Positions 13,490 to 25,400 of a stretch of 64,000 nucleotides of DNA are shown in pieces. The notes beneath the pieces were generated by a model. It ran no database searches, was not told the origin of the DNA, and was given only the letters and a program-made list of their open reading frames with translations. Origin of the DNA: Cycas panzhihuaensis (lineage: Eukaryota > Plantae > Cycadophyta); the NCBI GenBank assembly GCA_023213395.1, contig CM041465.1, forward strand, positions 214,279,741 to 214,343,740, in the 5' to 3' direction. A program made the position numbers and the translations under genes. Within the stretch, counting starts at the first letter, position 1. Each line of letters begins with the position of its first letter.

Positions 13490-16400
13490 TCTCTCCTATA
13501 AGCCCAATGTGTATAACTCCCAAATCATCTCTGAATTTCTCAAATTTAATTTTTCCCAAAGCCTTCATGAAAATATCTGCTGTTGATCTTCTATGCTGCA
13601 ATAAGTCAACTCTATCTCGTTTGCTTGTACAAGTTCCCGATTCAAGTGGTATTGAGTTTTAATATACTTTATTCTATCATGGAATACTAGAGTTTTTGTC
13701 ATTTAAATAGTGCTTTGATTGTCACACCAAATTCTAGTGGGACCTTGTTGTTTAGTTTGAAAATCCTGTAAAAGTCTTCTTAACCAGATTGATTCACAGG
13801 CTCATGATACTACGGATTTATACTCTGCTTTAGCTGTGGATAAGGAAATGGTATTTTGTTTCTTTGTACTCCAAGCTACCACTACTGATCCCATAGTAAA
13901 TACATAACCTAAGGTAGAATTTCTATCATTGACATCACCGACCCAATCTGAATCTATGTAATTGGCTAACTGAAACTCGAATGTAGCTTTGTAGTATAAC
14001 CCAAAATCTAGAGTCCCTTTAAGGTCTCTAAGGATTCTTTTAGCAGCTTGCCAATGAGATGTCTTTGGATCCTGTATAAATCTAGACACAACACTTACCA
14101 AATATGTTATATCAGGTCGAGTAGAAGTTAAATATATTAGGCTGCTAATCAGTTATCTATAGAGAGTGGGATCAGCTGAAGTTGAGTCATCTGTCTTAGA
14201 AAGTTTGATTCCAATTTCTGCTGGTATTGATAACAGTTTGTAGTTTGTCATTTTAAATCTTTGTAGAATATCTAATATGTATTTACATTGAGAGATAAAT
14301 ATTCCTTATTTATCCTACCAAACTTCTAATCCTAAGAAGTAATGCATAAGACCTAAGTCTATCATCTCAAATTCCTTACACATAACATCTTTAAATTGAT
14401 TTAAAAGTTGGGATTCATTTCCAGTATAAATTAAATTGTCCACATAGAGTCCTATAATCAATATCAAATTTCCCTTAATTTGGGTGTATAGGTTTGGATC
14501 TGCTTGAGATCTTTCAAACCCTTGATCTTTAAGATACTTGTCTATATGGGAATACCAAGCCCTAAGTGCTTGTTTTGGACCATATAGTACCTTCTTTAAC
14601 TTGCACACTTTGTTTTCTTCCCCCCTGACTTCAAAACTAAGGGGTTGAGTGACATAGATATCTTCTTTAATATAACCATTTAAGAAAGCGCTTTTTACAT
14701 CCATTTGATAAATAGGCCAACCCATTTGGGTGGTTAAACTTATTATCATGTAGACAAATTCCATCCTAGTGACTGGGGTAAATGTTTTGATATAGTCTAT
14801 GCCTTCTCTTTGGGCATACCCTTTAGCAACTAAACAAGTTTTATATTTATCAATAGAGCCATCAGAGTGGAGCTTGGTCTTATAGACCCATTTGGTACCG
14901 ATAGCTTTCTTCCTTGGTGGTAAATCTACAAGTTCCCAAGTATCATTTTTAATGATGGACTTATATTCCTCTTACATGGCTTTCTGCTAACACTCATATT
15001 GATTAGCCTCACCAAAGGTTTGAGGCTCATGACTTTCGAGTAGCTTGCTCATTAGAGCAAAGTTGACCTTTTGTGAGCATGTAGATCTTCTATTGTTATC
15101 TAATATATTTGCTAAGTCATGGTTACGTTGAACCTATTTGGGTAGAGGTTGAGATGATGTTGCTTCCTTAGTGGGTTCCTGAATATTTCTCCACATAAGA
15201 GGCACATATTTGGATTTATTTGATGTGTCAAATTTAATGGCAATATCCTTCTGTTGTTCTTGATTATTTTGGTAGTAGTTATCTTCTTGAAATTTGACGT
15301 CCCTACTTACTATAACTTTTCTAGATTTCGGATCATAAACTTTGTAGGATTTTGATGATTCACTATATCTAATAAAGATACATTTTACACTATGATCATC
15401 CAATTTAGTTATTATTTATTTAGGAACATGGGCATATACTAAACATCCAAATACCCTAAGGTGATGGATACTAGGTTTATAACCAGTCCATGCTTCTTCT
15501 GGAGTTTTCCACCTAAGTGCTTTAGTGGAACATCTATTAAGTAGGTAGACTGCAGTATGGATTACTTCAACCCAAAATTCATGGCCCAAGTTTTTATCTT
15601 TAAGCATACATCGTGCTATTTCTACAATAGTTCTATTTTTCCTTTCTGCTACATCATTTTGTTGTGGGGTGTAGGGGTTGGTAAGTTGTCTCCTAATCCC
15701 ATGATGAATATAATAATCCTTGAAGATATTAGATGTGAACTCTCTCCCATTATCTGATCTTAAAGAAAGGATATGATATCCACTTTGTCGCTCAACTAAG
15801 GTTTTGAAGTCAACAAAGTGGTCGAAAGCATCAGATTTATATTTTAGAAAGAATACCCATGTCTTTCTTGCAAATTCATCAATAAATGTGAGGAAATACT
15901 TGGCACCTGCTAAGGAGGGAGTAGTCATTGGTCCATAAATATTTGTGTATACTAGTTGAAGTAGGGCAGACGCTTGATGACTAAAATCTAGAAATATTTC
16001 TCTATGTTGTTTGCCAAGAAGACATCCCTCATACAATTCTTTATTAACATCAATAGGGGGTAAACCATTAACCATATCTAATCTTTTCATAACAGCTAAA
16101 CTGGTATAGTTAAGATGACTGAAACATTGATGCCATAAATCACTATCCATAGTAGTTGTGGTTCTAAGGGCATAGGTATCAGAAGGGGTGAGGGTAAGCT
16201 TAAATAAACGATCTTTAGTCATTATACCTCTAGCAATAATAGCTTCATTTTATCTTTTATCTTTGATAACACATTTGTCGTTGTCAAAAATCACTTTATA
16301 ATCTTGTCCCATCATCTATCCTACCGATAGTAAGTTTTTCCTTAAAGAAGGGACGTATAGAATATCATTCAAGTATTTATATTCACCACTATAAGTCAAC

Positions 16401-17693
16401 AAGGTAATGTTACCTTTTCCAATCGATTCATAAGAAGTATTGTCTTCAAACATAATTGACCCTTTTCTATTTGTATTGAAAGTTTAAAATAATTATTCTT
16501 TATGGGTCATGTGGGTGGAACAACCTAAATCAATATATCGACTATCATCCTCTTCTTCCTTAGTAGAAAAACTAGATAGAAATAACCTATTATTAATTTT
16601 AGATTCTGATGAATTTGACGCATGTCCTTTAGGGGGTGGTCCATATTTTAAAAAATACTTATCTTCAGTGTGACCATTTCTATGATAATAAGTACAATAT
16701 AATTGATCTCTTTTTCTATAACTAAGACTTTGACTCCTTAGTTGAGAATGATCAAGATTGAAAGATCTCCCCCTTTCCTAATAGAATTGAGTATGATTAT
16801 TTCTTGGTTGGTTATCACGATAGTTCTGAGTTGATATTGAAGGTTGCAAATTCCCATGATAATGTGGACAGCAAGGATGATTATCAACTTGTCTTCTTTG
16901 GTTTGGATTTCTTGGAGCATTAGGATTTCTTGGAGGGTTTTCATATTGTGGGGTGTGAAGGATCTTGTCCGGTTTCATTTCTAGGATTTCCATCTTTTCC
17001 CCTTGGAGGAGATTTGTTTTGTTTTGAGATGCCAGCTTGAGGGTTAGGTTGAATGTTGGCCCTTGTAGCAAAGGCATGTTCTAAAGTTTCATTTGCAGTT
17101 TGTTGCTCTTCTATAGACATCAGCATAGTACTAAGTTGTTCTACTTTGAGGGTACTTAGATCTTTTAATATGCTAATACTAGTAGCTACCATTTTAAAAT
17201 GTCTTACGGCTCCTACACATCGAAGGATTCGTTCAACTACCCTTTGTTTGGTTAAGGTATCCCTAAGTGACCTCATTTGGTTAACGATATCTTGAACTTT
17301 GGTCATGAATTCAGTTACTGATTCGTGAGACATCATACATAAATTTTTGAACTTACTTCTCAAGTTTTGTAATTTAGAGGAGGCGGCTCCTTCATATATA
17401 AGTTGTAAAGTGTTCGAAGCCTCTTTGGACTTAAGAAATTCACTGACTTGTGGAAATACATGATCTTATAATGCGCAAAAGATAAGGGCTAATGCTTTAT
17501 TATCCTTTTTGACATTTTCTTTGTATGTAACTTTTTCTGTATTAGTTGGATTTGATCCCAATTCATTGTAACCAGTTCTCACTATATCCCACATATCGTT
17601 TTCTATGAGGATGGGCCTCATCCTCTTACTCCAGTTAAGGAAATTATTTCCATCAAATTTTGGGATAATTATGTTCCCAAAACTAGATGTCAT
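13490..17693 (-). pseudogene. Copia gag-pol polyprotein, fragmented by stops and frameshifts
   Basis: gag 'IIPKFDGNNFLNWSKRM' (17466-17693, 16941-17363). Integrase 'LWHQCFSHLN...YFLTFIDE...LRSDNGREF...PYTPQQNDVAERKNRT' (15416-16222). RT 'YQMDVKSAFLNG...LYVDNL' (14315-14764). RNase H 'DSDWVGD...ADIFMKAL' (13413-14101). Confidence 0.97.
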
Positions 17694-20600
17694 TTTGAAC
17701 TAAAGTTGTGTAAAATGTGATAAATGCAATATCAAAAAAAATTTGAATGTAAAAAATGAAAGAATTTATTTCCAAATATATCCCAAAGTTTTGAACAAGT
17801 GAACTAGGACCTAGAAAGGCTACTAGGCTCTAAGTTTAAGTTTCTCCTGGGACAACCTTCGGTTGATATTCTGTCTAGTGGCGCCTGCCCACAGATGGTA
17901 AAACAGGGACCCAATATACCAGTATGTGAGCACTAGGCTCTATATACCTCAGTACGTGGGCTGCTAAGAAGACTTTGATTACCCCCTAAATTATTGATCC
18001 ACCTACGCCGGACTTATGCCTAACGATAGATCTAGCGGTGAAGGTTCTTGAACCAAGGTACTCACCCTCTCCAAGTCTAGCCTTGGTCTCCAAACACCAT
18101 GAAATAAATAGGTTCTACACTTAAGCCTGCCACCGATTACACCTGATAGCTAATGGCTGTCCTCATCCAATATGAGTAGGCCGATTAGTGTGTGCAGGGT
18201 GATAACTTTAGGGGTCCTAACCATTCCCCTTGCAAGGCTAAAAAAATAGGGTGGTTCAATTCACAATTATCTTGTTTAATGTGAAAATTAAACTAATTAG
18301 CAATGTGGTCTTGCTTAGAAAAAAAGGTTCATTTGATATAATAATAAAGAATAAACTGGAATGTAAAAATAATATGTTCTAAGCAAGATGAAATAAATAA
18401 TAACCTTTTGAAATGAATAAAATCTCATTTTTTCAATATAATACTCTTCAAATAGATGAAATATGCCTTTGAAAAATTAAATGTAATTTTTATAAGTGCA
18501 AGAAAAAATGATATTTTTCAATAATAATAAAGAAAAACTTTTAATAAATATATGCTTTTCAAAGAAATGACACACTTATGATATAAAATTTTAAATACAC
18601 TTTTGAAGTATAATGATAAATAAGAAAACTTTTAATAATTATGCGTTTTAAAGTAAACTTTAAAGTAGGAATATAACAAAGATCCTTTTCACTTATACAA
18701 AGCTGAAATAAACTTTTGATAACGAAATATAAAGAGCTTTCAACCTTTAATTTCTCAAGTGAGTAAATATAAAACTTCAATATAAGAAAAAATGACTTTC
18801 TTTTTTAGTATATAAAAAACTTTGCCTTGAGAAAGATATATATAGCTGAAAAAATAAAAATATATGTATGGATATTTTTAGTTGCTTTATAAATAATTTC
18901 TATAACAAAATAGCTTTAAAATGATTATATGAAGGTCAGGTACAAACCTTGACCATATATTATGAACAACCAATGAGAAATAAAATAGAATTTTCTTAAA
19001 AAGTTTGAAGGGCAAGCCTATTAGGATGTACTTGTATGCTCAACTTTGAAAGCTTGAAAACTATACTAAACAATGTTAGAATAACTTGAAATTGTACCAA
19101 TATGTAGATTAATAAAGTGTAAATCTAATGGAACTAACCGTTTTAAAAACGGGTTCCAATAAATTAAGATTTGAATGATTCAACTGTACAGACCTCCTTT
19201 TGAGGCCTAACAGGAGCATGAAGCTCAAAATTACATAAAATTGCTAATAAAACTTTAGAAAGTATTGAAAAATAATTAAATATATATTGTAAAACTACTA
19301 AATATATGTTTGGTTAAAAATTTTTGAAAAAATTTATATGAAAATATGTGAAAAATGACAGATTGAGGCTAGTAAGTAGTCCAACTTGAATAGATTTGAA
19401 AATAAGTAAAAAAATACCTTAAAACAGATGAAAAACTATGTTAGTTAGAAGGGAAATAAGTCATCTTCCCAAAAAGTCGATGTAATTGAATTTGGATGTC
19501 AAGCGAGAAAATTACAGAAAAGCGATATAAGTACCTTTATGTAAAAATGTTAAAAAAATGCTAAAAAGCACTAAAATGTGAATTTCAACGATTAAAATAA
19601 TAGTCAAAATAAATTCTAAAAAATAAAATAAAATATGAGTTTTGAAGTTTATTGAACTAGATCAATGTAGAACAAATTTGGGCTAAAAATAGTTTCCAGG
19701 TAATAAAAGGCAACCAGTTCAAAAAGTGTTTTTGTAAAAAAATGAAAACAGACTGAAAAAAGAGGTAATTGACTTTAAATTGACTGAAACAGAGTCAAAT
19801 CTACACCAAATTGGACATATGACCAGTCAAAAATGATCTACAAAAAAATATTAATCCAATGAAACTAGTTTCGTCTAAAACAGATGAGTCAATGAGGAGT
19901 TATGGCAAAAAAACTCCAATAACTCTATGTAAAATAAAAAAAAAATAAAAAAAAGAGGTAAAAAATTATATTGTTAAGATAACTTTCTTAGAATATGAGT
20001 TTGAAGATAGACTTAATAGGGATTGAACCCAAGACCAGTCAGAGAATAAACCCCTCTGATGCCAAGAGGGTGAACTCGCTTGTCGAGTTTTTAAAAAAAC
20101 AACAAACTTTTAAAAATATAAAATAAGGTCCCTTTTAATAATAAGCTAAATGTCACATTACAAAGGTATATGATCAAGGGCCAAACTGAAGGGGGATTGG
20201 ATCCAAAAATACCAGACCTCAAAATATATCCAATATAGTTTAATTTCTTTAAAAACTTTATAAAAAAATATGTGAATTAAAAAATAATACCGTCCTAAAT
20301 ACGTAGAAACTAGGTAAAATGCAATGAAGTACAATTCGAAGGAGCAGTTGGAATCCCAAATATAAGATGGTTCGGTCCAAAGTAAAATATTTTGATCAAT
20401 CGATTAGTATATATTATATATATATAAAGAAAACGGTCAAAAAGAATAAACATGAGAAAGAACGGATCACGGCTGAACCCGTGGACTGCATACGGATCAC
20501 CGGCACACGAACGGCTTCCAGACTAGGCACACAAATAGTAGAATGTACAGTATAGTATGCAGGTCTGGCAGACGAAAGGGAAGTACACAGATCTCTTGGC

Positions 20601-21054
20601 AGAAGTACGTAGATCTACTGAACAATACACAGATCTGGCAGACAGAAAGGAAGTACATAGAATGCGTTCAAAAATAATAACCTCAAAATATTTAGTTCAC
20701 TCTTCTTAAAGGGAAGAATGCGTAGTGACACAAATCTCTTGGTGCACTAACAGATGAAGGGAATGGGGCTATAAGAACGCCTGCAGAATGGGAGGACTGA
20801 TAGAATGGCAGCCTGGAGGGGGGAAAAAACGCTAACGGGACGACCAAAGGATGTATCAAAGTGACATACACAAAACCTTCATTGAGGCGATCTAAAATCC
20901 AAGTGATGGCAGTCTAAAATCCAAGTAATCAGACCTTTCAGGAGTAGGAGACATAATTGCTCACAGATTTGAATGATCAATTAAAGGAATGTCCAATGTT
21001 TCTGTTGATAATTCTTCGGCAATCTCATACTCAGCCAAAAAAGAAGGGTGAGAT

Positions 21055-21169
21055 AGAGAAGAGCATTGCAGAAAGGAGAGCTAAAATTGAACAATGGAAC
21101 AGAGAGAGAGAATAATCAGCATCTGCTAATGCTAACCCGTCTTTGCAAAATGGGAAGTTTGTTGTGTAA
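21055..21169 (+). pseudogene. U2AF35: Captured 3' coding fragment of splicing factor U2AF small subunit (U2AF35), antisense within the copia leader
   Basis: agagaagagcattgcagaaaggagagctaaaattgaacaatggaacagagagagagaataa translates ...IAERRAKIEQWNRERE*(Q)SASANANPSLQNGKFVV*. ERRA(K/R)IEQWNRE(R/K)E is the conserved C-terminal motif of plant U2AF35, recognised from memory. Confidence 0.75.
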
Positions 21170-21280
21170 TGAATTCCACTGCGTGGGATTCTAAGAATGG
21201 GCGAATGACTTCCACTGTGTGGGATTCCAGGAATGGGCGAATGACTTCCACTATGTGGGATTCCAAGAATGGGCGAATTC
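21168..21280 (+). repeat. 36-bp tandem repeat x3 in the copia leader
   Basis: Unit aatgacttccactgtgtgggattccaggaatgggcg, three near-identical copies. Confidence 0.95.
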
Positions 21281-22443
21281 AGATGAGTCCCAAGGTCAAG
21301 AGAAAGGATGTCAATCTAGGGCCCTTCGAGCATTCCAGGCTTCCAGAGTTCCCTGGCAAGGCTCAAGATGATAAATGTGGCTTCCTAAAATTCAAGATTG
21401 ATTCAGCCAGGAAAGGGTGTTCCAATAAGATAAATGTGACTGAGGAATGTGAATGTGAACAGATTCCACTGTGTAACTGCATGTGTAGCCGAAGTACATA
21501 GATGAATGGCTGAAACGACTTAGTATGCATATGAGAACTGCGTGGGGGGAGAACTCTTCATTGAGAATCGCTCAGGAGAAACGCTTCGTTCATCTATACA
21601 AGAATAAAAAATGACAAGGGAGCACGTCTATACAATCAACTATGTTACAGCGTTGTCAAAGGTTCTAGAGGCATGTAAGTTTCTAGAAGAAAATGGAACA
21701 CAGGCCAATGGAACAGAAATAGAGTAGAAGAAGTTTGGTTTAGCTTTAAATAAGATGATAACGAGATCTATGTTTAGCCCAATCACACAAATGCATTAAA
21801 TAAACTAGATTTTGAAATATATTAAAAAAAATACATCAAATAGATAAAATATAGGTATATATTTGTATTGAAAAAAAACACACGAAGAACCTGGTAAACT
21901 GTGACAGGTTTGTTGTGCAGACTTCTGAGTGAGAGAACGTCTTTCACAATAGATAAAACTCCGATCCGTCTTCTCTAATGAACAGGTGATCTTGCCAAGA
22001 TCTCAACTAGTAGTCATATATAGATGTTTTTCCAGATATATGAGAAGCTAAATCAGAAAATGAGCAAAAGTATCAACTCCAACTTGGCTCTGATACTAAA
22101 TGATGGAGCTGGAGGAGCATAGCGGGACATTAGAACGAGAGCATTTTGAGTACAATGGCACTTTTCGATAAATGGCAGTGTTAATAAACACCTGGGAGGT
22201 ATTCCCCTCCCTTAATTAATGAATTTAGAGGAGGTGTTAAGCGCCATCACCCTAGTTGTACAGCAATTAAGATAAATTCAAAATATATTAAAAACTAACA
22301 GTAATACGTACCTCAAGTAAGTGGTGGTCAATCCGGATGGCTGTTGAGTGGCTCAAGGTGCCCTAGGGGCCCTCAAAGGTGGCTTTGAGGGGCCCTAAGT
22401 GCTTAGGTATACTTCCCACATTGGGATTATTCCCAACACTCTT

Positions 22444-25400
22444 TGTGTGTTAGATCGATTAGATTGATCGAAATCTAACCCCCATTTACACTATGTTCCT
22501 CGTACAGAAACTCCTCTATGTAGGTTGCATGATGATGATGCTTTTAATCAACATTTCATATTTTTTATTCATGTTTTATTTGTTAAAATTTATAAAAATT
22601 TAATCGGTATTGACTTTCACTTGAATTTTGTGCAAGTAAAAGGAGTTAGCACCTGTCTACTTAGCCCCCAATCTCCTTATATCGGCGTGACTATGTTGAT
22701 TTAATTAGTTAAGGGGAGGACGTGGAAAATATAAATTCTTTTTAATTCTTTTTATTTTTAAAGTTATTAATCATATTTTATAAGATTTGAGTTTAGGAGC
22801 TCCTTTCACAGCTAAGTTGGTTGTCTCATTGGCTCCCATGTGACTGTGCTCCTTCTGACTAAAGGGGATTATCTATTTTGTTTTAAAATTTTCATTTTGT
22901 CAATACATAAAGAGGGCTTCTTGTATTTTTCACTGTAACTTTCTCCTAGAGCATCAATTTTCTACAAAACTAGTGTTGTTGGAATCTTATTTTAGTAATC
23001 TTCAAGCTGATATTATCTTTTGTCTAATTTGAGTCCATTTTAGCTATGTTTGAATAAGTCAAAATCAACATTTTTTTTAATGCTTATTTCACTTACCTTA
23101 AGGAGGTCTATTCACCGTTTTCGCAATAACTTGACTGTTTTAACTCTGATTTCAAAACCATAAGAATCAACAAAAAGAATTTCTAGAACTCTTCATGTGG
23201 GAATCAGTCTCATCTTATTTTGACATCATTTTATAGGACTTTAAGGCTCCTCAAATTAAGGCTCTAGTTTAGCCCTAAACAAGCATATTTCATAATATTT
23301 TTGAGCATTTTTTCATTCAAATTAATTCTACTTGAGCATAATCTGCTACTAATCATTTTCTTGGAGATATTTGTTGGTTTTTTATAAAGATTACAAGCTA
23401 TTTATAGCCTTTAGCATTAATTTCAACTCCTTAAGGATCAAGAAGCCTAAGTGGAGTAATACATTAAGATGGTACCATTTAACTTGACTTTATTTTATCC
23501 TTTGCATTATCATTCAAATATATACTATTGTTTTACACTTCTAATCATTTTAAGCATTGTTTCTTCTTAAAATTACAAGATTCACCTAGTTTATTTTTGT
23601 TCCTATAAAGGAACTATTTGGTACTCAATTTACGTTATCATTATCTTATAACATTAAGTGGCATATTAGTTAAGGATCTTCCTTATTTTATCAAAAGCTT
23701 TATTCTTTCTTCAACTTGAAATTTGTAAAAGTATAGTTACAAGGTCTTTTGATCAACTTTTATTTTAAAGTTCATTTATACATTCCAAAAGATTAAGGAC
23801 TCTATTGGTTTAGTGCATCACTTTACACAAGTGCATATATTTTCTTATTTTACTTCTATAAGAGTATCTCAATTTAAAAATATTAGATTGCATACTAGCA
23901 TTCATTTTTTATTTATTAAAAGAAGAAGGGTATCTTGATTCTTTTACTTATTCTCATTGTGACTTGATATAAAGTTTTACATTATACTTATATTTGAGAT
24001 ATATTTTGTCTTACTTAAAGATCTATTTTGTTTCATTTCATTTCTTAAATAAAATGAATCATAGAGAGATTAAGCAAGACTATATCTAATTAAAATTTAC
24101 TTTCGCATTAAGAAAGATAGTTTTCCAAATTTACCACATTTTTTTTAGCCTTGTAAAGGGAATGATTAGGACCCCTGAAGTTACCACCATACACATGCCA
24201 ATTGGCCTACTTATATTGGATGAGGAAGTCATTGGCTATAAGGTATATTAGGTGGTAGGCTGAGATGGAGAACCTGCTATTTTTTTTTGGAGTTTAGAGA
24301 CCAAGGCTAGACATGGAGAGGGTAAGTGCCTTGGTTAGTAAAACCTTCACCGCTAGATCTGTCACTAGGCATAAGTCTGATGTAGGTGGACTAACAATTT
24401 AGGGGGGTGTGACAACCTTCGTAGTAGCCCATATACTAAGTTATATTGAGCCTAGAGCTCACATAACGATATACTAGGTCCTTATTTTACCACTTTTGGG
24501 CAGGTGCCACTAAACAAGATAGCAGCTGAAGGTTTCCCTTAGAGACCCTTGGACTTATAGCCTAGAAGCCTCATTAGGGACTAGGACACTTGCAAAACCT
24601 TGGGAGAAGCTTTAAACATTACTTCTTGGGTTCATTTTCAAAATCAAACCTTTGGAAAACTTTACTTTATCTATAAGTTTTTAAAACTTTAGCTAAGAAA
24701 TTGAAGCAAACTTTAGAAACATGATAATTCCTAAGTTTGATAATAATAACTTTCTAAATTAGAGTAGGAGGATGAGACATATACTCATCGCTAATGACAT
24801 ATAGGAGATTATAAGAATAGATTACAGTGAATTAGAATAGAATACCACTAATATTGAAAATGAAACTTATATAAAATATGTTAAAAAGGATAATAATGCT
24901 CTTGCCCTTATTTTCTGTGCATTAGAAGACCATATTTTCATATGAGTTAGTGAGTCAACAAAGTCAAAGGAAGCATAGGATACCCTACAGTTAATTTATG
25001 AAGGAGCCACATCTTCTAAGCTTCAAAACCTAAGAAGCAAATTTGAAATCTTATGCATAATGCCAACAAAATGTGTGATAGAATTCATGACTAAGGTGCA
25101 AGACATAGTTAACTAAATGAGATCACTTAGAGATACATTGACAGAGCAAAGAGTAGTAGAAGGAATTTTGAGATGTGTAGGTGCCATAAGAAGGTTTGAA
25201 ATGGTAGCGACAAGTATGGGGGTTTCCAAAGACCTAAGCACCCTTAAGATGGAATAACTAAGTGCTATGTTGATATCGGTCAAAGAATAACAAAATGTAA
25301 ATAAATGCCTTGAGCATGTCTTTGTTACTAAGGTAAGAATCTAATCTCATTCTTAAGTGGGTACATCAAAATCTAAAGAATCACCTCCAAAGGATAGAAA

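Larger units (their letters stand above)
13151..22438 (-). mobile_element. Full-length (pseudogenised) Ty1/copia LTR retrotransposon, 9.3 kb, with ~4.4-kb 5' leader
   Basis: 338-bp LTRs at 13151-13488 and 22101-22438 (TG...CA; about 32 mismatches by eye, mostly transitions). Perfect TSD CTCTT (13146-13150 / 22439-22443). PBS gctctgatacta at 22087-22098. PPT ttctctcct at 13489-13497. Domain order gag-PR-INT-RT-RH. Confidence 0.97.

Noticed and set aside
13429-17295. Plus-strand ORFs 13429-13662, 15557-15757 and 17053-17295
   Set aside because: Antisense shadows of copia gag-pol.
21169-21501. 110-aa plus-strand ORF as a functional antisense gene
   Set aside because: One third is a tandem repeat and no domain is recognisable. 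Treated as leader/cargo sequence.
21460-21590. Possible RING-H2 (IDEWL) or kinase (GGELF.RI) captured fragments
   Set aside because: Motifs are very short, in different frames and need indels. Not supportable without a search.
21611-21727. MTREHVYTIN resembling ribosomal protein L31 (TREYTIN)
   Set aside because: Similarity does not extend beyond a few residues.
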